Both the position numbers and the translations under genes were made by a program. A stretch of 63,776 bases of DNA, the filler included. It is 7 parts of 7 records of this genome, joined end to end, with 100 filler letters (N's around TTAATTAATTAA, not from the genome) between each part and the next. Parts side by side here need not be neighbours in the genome. Positions count along the whole stretch, not along the records: positions 1 to 26,812 come from SRR20825010_3875; 6 more parts are not named here. One strand, given 5' to 3'. Below the pieces are notes generated by a model. That model did no database searches, was not told the DNA's origin, and worked only from the letters and a program-made list of their open reading frames with translations. Positions 1 to 9,472 of the stretch are shown here, piece after piece. Each line of letters begins with the position of its first letter. Position 1 is the stretch's first letter.

Positions 1-144
1 GAGCACCTCTCGAGGTGCGAACCTGAGCCTGGGCGAAGGAATGGCAATAATGCCTGCTCCAAAGCGCTATCAAATAAACTGTCGGCACAGGCCTGGAATT
101 CATCCTCGCTGTCGCTCGGTTCGCACCTCGAGAGGGGCTCCTAC
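1..144. repeat. Inverted pair of GTAG-type REP sequences (REPIN-like), left copy cut by the window start
   Basis: 1-23 GAGCACCTCTCGAGGTGCGAACC is the reverse complement (1 mismatch) of 118-140. The right arm continues to ...GCTCCTAC (144), which reads GTAGGAGC on the minus strand. Confidence 0.7.
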
Positions 145-164
145 AGCGACTCTGCAAGAATGCC

Positions 165-620
165 TCAGTATTTAATTCCCCATTTGCGGTACAGAAAACC
201 CATGATCCAGGCCGGGCCGATCATCAGGTACTGGATGTCTTCGAAGAAGGAGGGTTTCTGGCCCTCCACCTTGTGTCCCCAGAACTGGCCAATCCAGGCA
301 AGGATGAAGACCACCAGCGAAAACAGCCAGACACTGATGCCGGCGGAAGCGATCAGGCTGAGGCCGGCCAGGCAGAGCAGGCTGAAAACCAGCATGCCGG
401 CGGCGATGGGCAAGGACAGGCGGGCGTAGTAGAGAGTCACGAAGACCAGCGCCAGGCAGGCCCAGAAGCTGGTAAAAAAGGGCGCCGGGATGGCCCAGAG
501 AAAGCCGATGATGGTAAAGAAAATCACCGGCACACAGACAAAATGCACTTTCTTGTTGGTGGGGTTCTGGTGGCTTTCGCCGTAGGCGTTGAGCCAGTCA
601 TCCATGCTGCGGGTTGTCAT
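165..620 (-). CDS. Mpo1-like / DUF962 membrane protein
   Basis: Y-x-x-S-H-x-N-x-x-N-x-x-x-H N-terminal motif and WIGQFWGHKVEGQKPSF; hydrophobic helices. Confidence 0.85.
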   Translation of the reverse strand: MTTRSMDDWLNAYGESHQNPTNKKVHFVCVPVIFFTIIGFLWAIPAPFFTSFWACLALVFVTLYYARLSLPIAAGMLVFSLLCLAGLSLIASAGISVWLFSLVVFILAWIGQFWGHKVEGQKPSFFEDIQYLMIGPAWIMGFLYRKWGIKY

Positions 621-777
621 GTTTCTCTCCCTTTTTTGGCTGTTAAGGAGAGTATTGCACCGCTGGTTCAGATCGTGAAGGTTTGTCGCGAGGTGCGAGT
701 AACGAGTTTCGAAAACCAGATGCGCTGGCGCCTTTTGACTTTCGCAACTCGAAACTCGTATCTCGAAACTGTGCTGT

Positions 778-1689
778 TTATGCCCCCAGCCAGGTGGCCA
801 CGTTGAGTGGCGTCACAGGCAGATAGTGATCCACCAGCAGGGCGGTAAACAGGGCGAACAGGTAGGTGATCGAGTAACCGAAGGTTTTCATCGGTAGCTT
901 TGGATCTTCGGAAAAACGCAGCCGCACCGCGTGGTAAAGAAACACCAGGCCGAGAATCAGGGCGCTGAGCAAATAGATCAGGTCGCTCATTCCGGTGAGA
1001 TACGGCAACAGGGTGCAGATAAACAGCAGGATGGTGTAGTACAGCACCGACTCGCGGGTGAACGGGATGCCGTGGGTCACCGGTAGCATGGGAATGTCGG
1101 CCTTGGCGTACTCGTCGCGACGGTGAATGGCTAGCGCCCAGAAGTGCGGCGGCGTCCAGACGAAGATGATCAGCACCAGTAGCCAGGCGTAGGGGTGGGC
1201 TTCGCCGGTGACGGCGGTCCAGCCCAGCAGTGGCGGGATGGCGCCAGCAATGCCACCAATCACGATGTTCTGTGGCGTAGCGCGTTTCAGGTACAGGGTA
1301 TAAATGAAGGCGTAACCGACAAAGCCGAACAGGGTGAGCCAGGCGGTGATCGGGTTCACCAGGAAGTACAGCATGACCATGGAGGCTGCAGCCAGCAGCA
1401 CGGCAAAGGTGATGGCCGCTTTCGGGGTCAGCTTGCCGGCCACCAGCGGGCGCTTTTCGGTGCGCTTCATGATGGCATCGATTTTCTGATCCATAATCTG
1501 GTTAATGGCGGCAGACGCCATCATGGCCAGGGACAGCCCCACAAAAGCCGGTATGAAAGTGCCCAGCGGCACCATGCCCGCCGGCTCGGTGGCCAAGAAC
1601 ATGCCGGCCACGGCGGTGACCATGAGCAGCATGACCACGCCGGGCTTGGTGAGGGCGAGATAGTCGCGCCAGTGGGCAGACTCACTCAT
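778..1689 (-). CDS. cyoE: Protoheme IX farnesyltransferase (heme o synthase)
   Basis: LTKP, NQIMDQKIDAIMKRTEKRPL and WTPPHFWAL motifs. Start set at ATG 1689, which overlaps the upstream stop (ATGA) and has a GGAG RBS. Confidence 0.95.
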   Translation of the reverse strand: MSESAHWRDYLALTKPGVVMLLMVTAVAGMFLATEPAGMVPLGTFIPAFVGLSLAMMASAAINQIMDQKIDAIMKRTEKRPLVAGKLTPKAAITFAVLLAAASMVMLYFLVNPITAWLTLFGFVGYAFIYTLYLKRATPQNIVIGGIAGAIPPLLGWTAVTGEAHPYAWLLVLIIFVWTPPHFWALAIHRRDEYAKADIPMLPVTHGIPFTRESVLYYTILLFICTLLPYLTGMSDLIYLLSALILGLVFLYHAVRLRFSEDPKLPMKTFGYSITYLFALFTALLVDHYLPVTPLNVATWLGA

Positions 1690-2750
1690 GACGGGGCTCC
1701 TTGCTGTTTGGGGGGCTGGCGCTTGCCGCATTTCACGTTAATGGCGCGGATGAACAGCACCAGGCTGGCCAACAGTATCACTGCCACGAAGTTATGGGCC
1801 ACGGCCACATCCAGCGGCACCGCGAACATCACATTACTCAGGCCCAGACCGATCTGCAGGCTGAGGATGCCAAGCATCACCAGTGCGAAATTGCGGAAGA
1901 ACACACTACGGGCACGCAGCAGAATCTTGCCCACCAACAGCAGCATCAGCAGGGTGACTACCAGGGCGCCGAAGCGGTGCATCACGTGAATGGTCGTGCG
2001 CGCGTCGTTGTCGAGGACGCCGTACTCGTAATCCGGTTTGTCATGCTCGTGCCCCCAGAAAATAAACGCTTCCTCGAAATTCAGCCGGTCCTGCCAGCCT
2101 TCTTCGCACACCGGCAGATCGGTGCAGGCCACGGCTGCATAGTTGCTGGCGGTCCAGCCGCCCAAGGCGATTTGCAGGATAACGGCGGCCAGAGTCACCG
2201 ATGCCAGCGGTTTGAGGGTCAGCACATCACAGTCGTTGAGGAAGCTGGGCCAACGGAACACCCGGGCGGTGAGAAGAACCAGCAGGGTGAAGGTGGTAAA
2301 ACCACCGAGTAAATGCAGCATCACGATAGTGGGCTGCAGCCCCATGGTCACCGTCCACATGCCGAGAATACCCTGGAAGATAACCAGTGCTACCAGGAAT
2401 AAAGGCAGCTTCAGAGGCTGCTTTTCCCGCTTGCGGTTAACAAAGGACAGCGCGGCGATGATGATAATCACCAGGCCCAGGGTTGAGGCGAAATAGCGGT
2501 GCACCATTTCCGGCACGGTCTTGTGCGCCTCGCGCAGGGCGCCGGGGGTGGTTTCGTTGGTGGTGGCCACATGTTCAATGGCCTTGCGCACGTCCAGGTG
2601 ACCGTAGCAGCCAGGCCAGTCCGGGCAGCCCAGGCCCGCATCGGATAGCCGGGTCCAGGCGCCCAGGGTGATCACGCCAGCGGCCAGAATGACGGCCAGA
2701 ATGCAGAAGCGGCGCAGCCAGCGCTGCGATGCGGTGGTGGGGGTTTGCAT
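1686..2750 (-). CDS. ctaA: Heme A synthase (COX15/CtaA)
   Basis: LGAWTRLSDAGLGCPDWPGC, EMVHRY and HVMHR motifs. Confidence 0.93.
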   Translation of the reverse strand: MQTPTTASQRWLRRFCILAVILAAGVITLGAWTRLSDAGLGCPDWPGCYGHLDVRKAIEHVATTNETTPGALREAHKTVPEMVHRYFASTLGLVIIIIAALSFVNRKREKQPLKLPLFLVALVIFQGILGMWTVTMGLQPTIVMLHLLGGFTTFTLLVLLTARVFRWPSFLNDCDVLTLKPLASVTLAAVILQIALGGWTASNYAAVACTDLPVCEEGWQDRLNFEEAFIFWGHEHDKPDYEYGVLDNDARTTIHVMHRFGALVVTLLMLLLVGKILLRARSVFFRNFALVMLGILSLQIGLGLSNVMFAVPLDVAVAHNFVAVILLASLVLFIRAINVKCGKRQPPKQQGAPS

Positions 2751-2765
2751 AATCAAGAGCCTGCC

Positions 2766-3380
2766 TTAACCGATCAGTGACCCTTTCAGGGTCCGTTTGA
2801 GATCGACGCGGATGTTCTCCGCCTCTTCGAGGGTGGCATCCATGTTTTCGTGCGTGGGATAACGCATGAAGATCTGGCCGTCCGGGCTGACCAGAAAAAT
2901 ATCGCCAATGGGCTGGCTGGCATCGGGGGCATACACCGGGGCCAGTGCCTGGGTGACATCGGCGGAAGCGGCATGGATAGAAATCATGCCGTCCACCTTG
3001 TCGGTGAGGAACGTCTGCAATTCCGCGCCGGCCGGGGCTGTATGCAAAATAACCCGGCGCACTCGCTGAATGTCTTCGCCCAGGGTCAGGCGCACTTGCT
3101 GTACTTGATAATAGAGGCCGTTCTTGCAGCGAGTGTCGCAGTCTTCCCCGGCCACATAGAGCAAGGTCCACTGCGTGCTCATATCATTGCCGTCGTAGGG
3201 CTGCTGGTTGCTGTCAGTGGCGTTCAGGCTCGCCATGTCAATGTGTGGAACCAGCAGTTGGCCCTTGTTGACCTTGGGCAGCTCCTGGACATCAATCAGG
3301 AAGCGCCCGGCCAGGAAAAACAGGACAAAGGGAGCAATGATGGCTAACAAGGTGACCCTGTTTTTGGTCCGTGGGGACAT
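2766..3380 (-). CDS. Membrane-anchored cytochrome oxidase-associated protein (thioredoxin/SCO-like fold)
   Basis: N-terminal TM helix, CxxxC (CDTRC), ends ...DLKRTLKGSLIG; lies between SURF1 and cox15. ATG 3380 abuts the SURF1 stop. Confidence 0.75.
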   Translation of the reverse strand: MSPRTKNRVTLLAIIAPFVLFFLAGRFLIDVQELPKVNKGQLLVPHIDMASLNATDSNQQPYDGNDMSTQWTLLYVAGEDCDTRCKNGLYYQVQQVRLTLGEDIQRVRRVILHTAPAGAELQTFLTDKVDGMISIHAASADVTQALAPVYAPDASQPIGDIFLVSPDGQIFMRYPTHENMDATLEEAENIRVDLKRTLKGSLIG

Positions 3381-4132
3381 TACTGTTCCTCTCGCGTCTT
3401 GCGTGCTTTGCGCCAGTTTCGGAGTGCGGCGGCAACATATATCAGCAGGGCGGCCAGTGCCAGTGCGAACCACTGCAATGCGTAAGCCTTGTGCCGTTCC
3501 GGGCCCATCACCGTCACGTCCTGCCAGTGCCGGGGTAGCGGTGCGTTGCTGCCCAGCGCCAGTTCCGGGGTGACCCGAATTTCAAAGGGCGCCAATTCTA
3601 CCCCAAGTTGTTCGCCAATAGCGTCAAAATCCACTTTCTGAACCCGTAATGGCCACTGATTGTCGGGCAATGGCATGTCCTTGAGCACAAAAACATCACG
3701 GGACGGGCGGTATACGGCACCGGTGACGGTCAGGTTTCCTGTGATCGGGGCAATGGTGGGCAGATTGGCGCGGTCGTTGCCCCGGGGGAGCCAGCCCCGG
3801 TTGACCAGCACCCAGCGCCCTTTGCGGGTTTCAAACGGGGTTAGCAGGTGGTAGCCAGCCACGCCGTTCAGGGTGCGATTGTCCAGCAATACGTTATGGG
3901 CATTATCAAAGTGGCCGGAAATGGAGGCGTGGCGGTGCATGGGATCATCGACGGCCTGCAGGGTGGACAGGTCTGCCGGTGGCAGGCTGGCCCGTTCACT
4001 CTGTTCCGTGAGCCACTGTCGCTTTTCATCGGCCCGCTCCAGCTGCCAGAAAGCCAGTCGCAGGCACACTCCAGAGACGATCAGGGTGGCGATCAGTGCG
4101 ATCCAGGGGGCACGGCGGTGAGTGTGAGGCAT
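3380..4132 (-). CDS. SURF1/Shy1 family oxidase assembly protein
   Basis: LAFWQLERA, VLVNRGWLP and HKAYALQWF motifs. Confidence 0.93.
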   Translation of the reverse strand: MPHTHRRAPWIALIATLIVSGVCLRLAFWQLERADEKRQWLTEQSERASLPPADLSTLQAVDDPMHRHASISGHFDNAHNVLLDNRTLNGVAGYHLLTPFETRKGRWVLVNRGWLPRGNDRANLPTIAPITGNLTVTGAVYRPSRDVFVLKDMPLPDNQWPLRVQKVDFDAIGEQLGVELAPFEIRVTPELALGSNAPLPRHWQDVTVMGPERHKAYALQWFALALAALLIYVAAALRNWRKARKTREEQ

Positions 4133-4392
4133 GGCGGTCTGCCCTCATGACAGCAGTAGCGTAGCAAAACGGTGGCTTGCCCGGTCCGTGGACGGCCAGC
4201 ACAGGCCAGATAGTGCGTGCACTGGCAGAGTCGGCCATTACAATAGCCGCATATAAAGGCGGCCCCGAGATCATCCCGGGTTGTCCACACAGTAATGGCG
4301 GCACATTGTACATAGCTGGCCGGGCTTTTCATCCAGGGAATCCGGGCTGTGTGTTTATACGCCTTGGTAATGCGTTCAAGGAGATAACGAGT

Positions 4393-4668
4393 ATGTGGTG
4401 GGTAAAGCTGATTGTAGTCATTCTGCTGCTGGCGGCAGTGATTTCTCTGGGGCGTGCGCTCATGTCGCTGGTGAAGGGGCAGGGCAAGGAAGGCAAGACC
4501 ATGCGAGCGCTGGCCTGGCGTGTGGGTTTTTCCGTGGCGGTGTTTCTGTTCATTATCCTCAGCATGTATATGGGGTGGGTGCAGCCGCACGATGTAAACC
4601 CGACCCTGCGGTATGGCGAGCCGATTCAGTCCGGCGAGGTCGCCCCTTCCCGGGATCAGGGAGAGTAG
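4393..4668 (+). CDS. Twin-transmembrane small protein (DUF2909 type)
   Basis: Two TM helices with ALAWRVGFS and GWVQPH; AGGAG RBS; divergent from SURF1 as in other cox clusters. Confidence 0.8.
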   Translation: MWWVKLIVVILLLAAVISLGRALMSLVKGQGKEGKTMRALAWRVGFSVAVFLFIILSMYMGWVQPHDVNPTLRYGEPIQSGEVAPSRDQGE

Positions 4669-4932
4669 GGTTGTGGCGTGGTAGTGCCTGGCGCTTGTAA
4701 AAGGGCGGTAAAAACGCAGCCGGCCGGTGAACGAAGACGGAAAAGGCGCCTCTGATAGGGTAACTCGCCTTGAGTGAGATGCGCGGAGAAGGGCCAGCAA
4801 GGATGGCCAGGGAGCACGGATGCACTTCCCCGCTTCCTTTATTGGATTCCCGGGCAAGGCTTTGGCCGGGATTCGATCGCCGGCCTTAATAAGGCGGTGA
4901 TAGAAGTTGAGTGGCGATTAGAGGAAATGACG

Positions 4933-5100
4933 ATGGAATGGATGACACGGTTTGCGCTGATTCTGTTTGTTCGCATGATTGCGCGGGCTGAGCAGGCAAT
5001 GCTCCTGGCACGCAGTGCTCGCGCTGATGTTTCCGCTGGCCGCTCTTTCTGTCGCCCCCTTCACGGCAGTCATCATGCCTCCCGGGATGTTCCTCGCTAA
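4933..5100 (+). CDS. Possible small hypothetical protein (55 aa)
   Basis: GAGGA RBS at 4921-4925 followed by ATG; no recognisable motif. Confidence 0.3.
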   Translation: MEWMTRFALILFVRMIARAEQAMLLARSARADVSAGRSFCRPLHGSHHASRDVPR

Positions 5101-5203
5101 CGGGAAGGTTTTTTCAGTCCTGCGGGAACCTTTGCATTCGCGCGCGGACTAATTCAGTAGGCAAAATACGTTTTCTCCTCTTAGTAACATCAGGCAACCC
5201 TCT

Positions 5204-5237
5204 GGGCGCTCGGTCTAACCGGCGCCCTTCTTTTTTT
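5204..5237 (+). terminator. Intrinsic terminator
   Basis: GGGCGC..CGG/CCG..GCGCCC hairpin followed by TTCTTTTTTT. Confidence 0.8.
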
Positions 5238-5267
5238 GGGGGCAGTGCTTTTGTAGAGACAGGTGCG

Positions 5268-5603
5268 CTATTTGCCCGGACCTGGCGGCATGGGGAAAGG
5301 AGAGACGTTGCTGTTGCGGGGCTCTGTGCGTGATTCAGTGATCTTGCCGACCCCTTCCTTTTCGACCTCATCAATGCGAATGACCGCATGCATGGGGATG
5401 TAAGACCGCAGAACCCCTGAAAACTCGCTTTTCAGCTTTTCTTCCGACGGATCCACCAGCACACCGCTGCGCTCATCAAACAGGAATTCTTCGACCTCGA
5501 TAAAGCCGTGCAGATCACTTTGGTATATCTCGGAGGCATAAACTTCGTAGGTTTGCCCCTGATTCTGGAATATGACGCGGTAAATGGGACGGCGTTTTGA
5601 CAT
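5268..5603 (-). CDS. DUF1820 family protein
   Basis: IYRVIFQNQGQTYEVYA, VDPSEEKLKSEF and RSYIPMHAVIRIDEV. Confidence 0.85.
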   Translation of the reverse strand: MSKRRPIYRVIFQNQGQTYEVYASEIYQSDLHGFIEVEEFLFDERSGVLVDPSEEKLKSEFSGVLRSYIPMHAVIRIDEVEKEGVGKITESRTEPRNSNVSPFPMPPGPGK

Positions 5604-6000
5604 GGCAGAAAGGGACGCTGGGTAGGGGAATAGAGGCGGAGTGTAGCATAGCGTTCGGCTTTCGTATCTGCCTGAAAGGCTTGATAAACCCTACGTTTCG
5701 GCTGGACTTTAGCCATGCGAATGACTAGAGTTGGCGCCCATAAATGCAGTGGGACAATTTGCCACACCTCCGGCAATTCAATGAAATCAGCATAGCGGTA
5801 AATAGCTATTTGATTTTATTGGGTTTTGCCTCCCATGTGACACGTTAAACGGCCGCCCCCTTGGCCGTGGATGTGACTGGGGAAGGTCTGGTGACCGTTT
5901 CGCTGCATCAATCCTGAAACTCGCTTTCCAGGCGCCGGTAACGGCAAAGAACAAGCGTGCCTGTAACGGGGTAGCGCTGGGGAAAACAGGGAGCAAACGC

Positions 6001-7209
6001 ATGCAGTCAACTCTGTTCCACCGCGCGGCGGCGGGTCTGACGTCACTGATGATCAGTGGCATGACCTTCGCTAGCGACTGGACCGAACGTTCCGATCTCG
6101 ACCTGCGACCGGGGGTAACCCAGGTCAGTCAGGAAGTTCAAAATCTTCACACCACCGTTCTCTGGATCGTGACCGTCATCGGTCTTCTGGTCTGTGGCCT
6201 GATTCTGTTCTCGATGATCCGCCACCGCCGTTCCAAGAACCCGAATCCTTCCACCTTCCACGAAAACGTGTTTTTCGAGGTGCTGTGGACAGTGATCCCC
6301 TTCGTTATCCTGATCGCCATGGCCGTACCGGCCACCCGCGTACTGGTTCAGCTGGACGATACCGCTGAGTCAGAATTGACGGTGAAGGTGACCGGCTATC
6401 GCTGGAAGTGGAGTTACGAGTACCTGACGTACGAAGATGACAACGATATTGGTGTGTCTTTCTTCTCCAACCTGGCCACGCCGCCGGAACAGTACAACAA
6501 CCCGGTTCTGTCCGGCGGTCTGTTCCCCTATGGCACCGCGAAAGATCTGGTCGGCAAGGACGCTCCCGAGAAAGACCACAACTACAACCTGGAAGTGGAT
6601 AACAAACTGATCATTCCGTCGGGCCAGAAAGTACGCTTCCTGGTGACGTCCGACGACGTGATCCACTCTTTCTGGGTGCCGGATTTCGGCGGCAAGAAAG
6701 ATGCAATCCCCGGGTTCGTCAATGAAACCTGGGCACTGGTACCGGAAGGTAAGGAAGGCACTTACTACGGCCAGTGTGCGGAACTGTGTGGCAAGAACCA
6801 CGCCTTCATGCCGATTGCTGTAGAAGTGGTGACCCAGGACGAGTTCAAGACCTGGATTGCCGAAGAGAAAGAAAAAGCCGCCTCTGGCCCGGATCTGACA
6901 CCGTTTGCCGGTATCGATCAGGCGATGGAAGAAGGCAAGCAGGTTTACGACAGCGCTTGTGCCCTGTGTCACGGTGCCAATGGTGAAGGCGGTATCGGCC
7001 TGGCGTTTGCCGGTACGGAATTCGCTACCAAGAAAGAGCACCTGAACGAGCACATTGATGTGTTGGTCAATGGCCGTGCCGCCATGCCCAACTTCAAGGC
7101 TCAGCTGACACCTCGCCAGATTGCGGCGGTGATCACCTACGAGCGTAATGCTTTCGGCAACGACACCGGCGATCTGATTCAGCCCGCCGACGTTAACGAC
7201 CACGAATAA
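6001..7209 (+). CDS. coxB: Cytochrome c oxidase subunit II with fused C-terminal cytochrome c
   Basis: DVIHSFW, CuA motif CAELCGKNHAFM, heme c motif CALCH. Confidence 0.97.
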   Translation: MQSTLFHRAAAGLTSLMISGMTFASDWTERSDLDLRPGVTQVSQEVQNLHTTVLWIVTVIGLLVCGLILFSMIRHRRSKNPNPSTFHENVFFEVLWTVIPFVILIAMAVPATRVLVQLDDTAESELTVKVTGYRWKWSYEYLTYEDDNDIGVSFFSNLATPPEQYNNPVLSGGLFPYGTAKDLVGKDAPEKDHNYNLEVDNKLIIPSGQKVRFLVTSDDVIHSFWVPDFGGKKDAIPGFVNETWALVPEGKEGTYYGQCAELCGKNHAFMPIAVEVVTQDEFKTWIAEEKEKAASGPDLTPFAGIDQAMEEGKQVYDSACALCHGANGEGGIGLAFAGTEFATKKEHLNEHIDVLVNGRAAMPNFKAQLTPRQIAAVITYERNAFGNDTGDLIQPADVNDHE

Positions 7210-7223
7210 GGGAGGGGATAGCA

Positions 7224-8831
7224 ATGTCTACTGCAGCTGCAACCCATGATGATCATCACGATCATCACCACGCCCCGACCGGCCTGAAACGTTGGCTGTT
7301 CAGCACCAACCACAAAGATATCGGTACCCTGTACCTGTGGTTCAGCTTCGCCATGTTCCTGTCCGGCGGTTTCCTTGCCATGGTAATTCGTGCCGAGCTG
7401 CTCGAGCCCGGCATGCAGTTCGTGGATCCGGAATTCTTCAACCAAATGACCACCGTGCACGGTCTGGTCATGGTATTTGGCGCGGTGATGCCCGCCACGG
7501 TTGGTCTGGCCAACTGGATGATTCCCTTGATGATCGGTGCGCCGGATATGGCGCTGCCGCGGATGAATAACTGGTCCTTCTGGATCCTGCCTTTCGCTTT
7601 CGCCATCCTGATTGGTTCCGTGGTGATGAGCGCGTTCGGTGCCGGTAACCCCAGCGCCCCGAACTTTGGCTGGACCTTCTACGCGCCGCTGTCGACCAAG
7701 TACGGTCCGGCGTCGACTGACCTGTTCATTCTGTCTGTCCACATGATGGGTATTTCTTCCATCATGGGTGCTATCAACGTGGTGGTTACTGTCTTCAACA
7801 TGCGTGCCCCGGGCATGACCCTGATGAAGATGCCGCTGTTCGTATGGACCTGGCTGATCACTGCCTTCCTGCTGATCGCGGTTATTCCGGTTCTGGCCGG
7901 TGCAGTGACCATGATGCTGACGGATCGTCACTTCGGCACCAGCTTCTTTGATGCCGCCGGTGGTGGTGACCCGGTACTGTTCCAGCACGTGTTCTGGTTC
8001 TTCGGGCATCCTGAGGTGTACATCATGATCCTGCCGAGCTTCGGTATCGTGTCAGCGATCATCCCGGCCTTTGCCCGCAAGCCGCTGTTCGGTTACGCCT
8101 CCATGGTGTATGCGACTGCTTCCATTGCGCTGCTGTCCTTTGTTGTGTGGGCTCACCATATGTTCACCGTGGGCATGCCGTTGGCCGGTACCCTGTTCTT
8201 CATGTACATGACCATGCTGATCTCCGTGCCTACCGGCGTGAAGGTGTTCAACTGGGTTGCCACCATGTGGCGCGGTTCCATGACCTTCGAGCTGCCAATG
8301 AAATGGGCGATCGCCTTTGTGGTGCTGTTCACCTGTGGTGGTCTGTCCGGCCTGATGCTGGCGATTACCCCGGTAGACTTCCAGTACCATGACACCTACT
8401 TCGTGGTGGCGCATTTCCACTACGTGCTGGTGACCGGTGCGATCTTCTCCATCTTCGCTGCTGCCTACTACTGGCTGCCGAAGTGGTCCGGCATCATGCC
8501 CAACAAGACCCTGGGTGAACTGCACTTCTGGAACTCTCTGATTTCCGCCAATCTGCTGTTCTTCCCCATGCACTTCGTGGGCCTGGCCGGCATGCCGCGT
8601 CGTTACGCTGACTACGCGTTGCAGTTTGCGGACTACAACTTCTGGATTTCCATTGGTGGCTTCTGGTTCGGCCTGTCACAGCTGCTGTTCCTGGCAGTGA
8701 CCGTGCTGTGTGCCATGAAGAAAGGCGAGAAAGCCCCGGCCAAACCGTGGGAAGGTGCGGAAGGCCTGGAATGGGAAGTGCCGTCACCGGCGCCGTTCCA
8801 CACCTATGACACCCCGCCGGTGGTCAAGTAA
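7224..8831 (+). CDS. coxA: Cytochrome c oxidase subunit I (A1 type)
   Basis: STNHKDIG, WFFGHPEVY, WAHHMF and VVAHFHY motifs. Confidence 0.98.
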   Translation: MSTAAATHDDHHDHHHAPTGLKRWLFSTNHKDIGTLYLWFSFAMFLSGGFLAMVIRAELLEPGMQFVDPEFFNQMTTVHGLVMVFGAVMPATVGLANWMIPLMIGAPDMALPRMNNWSFWILPFAFAILIGSVVMSAFGAGNPSAPNFGWTFYAPLSTKYGPASTDLFILSVHMMGISSIMGAINVVVTVFNMRAPGMTLMKMPLFVWTWLITAFLLIAVIPVLAGAVTMMLTDRHFGTSFFDAAGGGDPVLFQHVFWFFGHPEVYIMILPSFGIVSAIIPAFARKPLFGYASMVYATASIALLSFVVWAHHMFTVGMPLAGTLFFMYMTMLISVPTGVKVFNWVATMWRGSMTFELPMKWAIAFVVLFTCGGLSGLMLAITPVDFQYHDTYFVVAHFHYVLVTGAIFSIFAAAYYWLPKWSGIMPNKTLGELHFWNSLISANLLFFPMHFVGLAGMPRRYADYALQFADYNFWISIGGFWFGLSQLLFLAVTVLCAMKKGEKAPAKPWEGAEGLEWEVPSPAPFHTYDTPPVVK

Positions 8832-8868
8832 CAGAGAGTGAAGTAACAGAGACTGACGGAGGAGCACC

Positions 8869-9444
8869 ATGAGTGACGAGCAGCTCAGTGTTGAACAGCG
8901 CAACAAGCGCACGCTGAAAAAGCTGTTGATTTGGGCGGTGGCCATGTTTGGCTTCGCCTTCCTCATGGTGCCCTTTTACAACGTTATCTGTGATGTCACC
9001 GGACTGAATGGAAAAACATCGAGTACGGCTGCCACTCAAGCGCCTGAGACTGTGGTGGAAGATCGTACCGTGACAGTGGAATTCATTACCCAGAAGGGCG
9101 ACGGAATCAGTGGGGAGTTCACCTCTGAGACCAAGCGGGTAAAAGTGCATCCTGGGGAAATTACGCTGGTGCATTTTTTCGCAAGCAACCCGACTTCATC
9201 GGACATGATTACCCAGAGCATCCCGTCGGTAACACCGGGGGCAGCGGCTCGATATCTGCACAAGACGCAGTGTTTCTGTTTTGATCAGCAAACATTGCTG
9301 GCAGGTGAGCGTAAAGACATGCCGATGATTTTCTATCTGGACCCGGAAATTCCCAGTCACATTAACCAATTCACTCTGTCGTATACGATCTTCGATGTGA
9401 CAGAGCGGGTCGCCGGTAAAAACAACAGCGTGGCTGCTAACTAG
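8869..9444 (+). CDS. ctaG: Cytochrome c oxidase assembly protein CtaG/Cox11
   Basis: VPFYNVICDVTG and the copper-binding CFCF motif. Confidence 0.95.
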   Translation: MSDEQLSVEQRNKRTLKKLLIWAVAMFGFAFLMVPFYNVICDVTGLNGKTSSTAATQAPETVVEDRTVTVEFITQKGDGISGEFTSETKRVKVHPGEITLVHFFASNPTSSDMITQSIPSVTPGAAARYLHKTQCFCFDQQTLLAGERKDMPMIFYLDPEIPSHINQFTLSYTIFDVTERVAGKNNSVAAN

Positions 9445-9472
9445 AACAGCCGGTTGTAGAGGAGATTTTTTA

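Noticed and set aside
4696..4714. Possible GacA box upstream of the GGA-rich element
   Set aside because: Only the TGTAA half matches TGTAAG-N6-CTTACA.
5145..5197. Patchy resemblance to the PrrF sRNA core (CGGACT..TTCAG..TCTCCTC..CATCAGGC)
   Set aside because: The match needs several gaps and no Fur box is visible upstream; kept only as an unnamed sRNA candidate.
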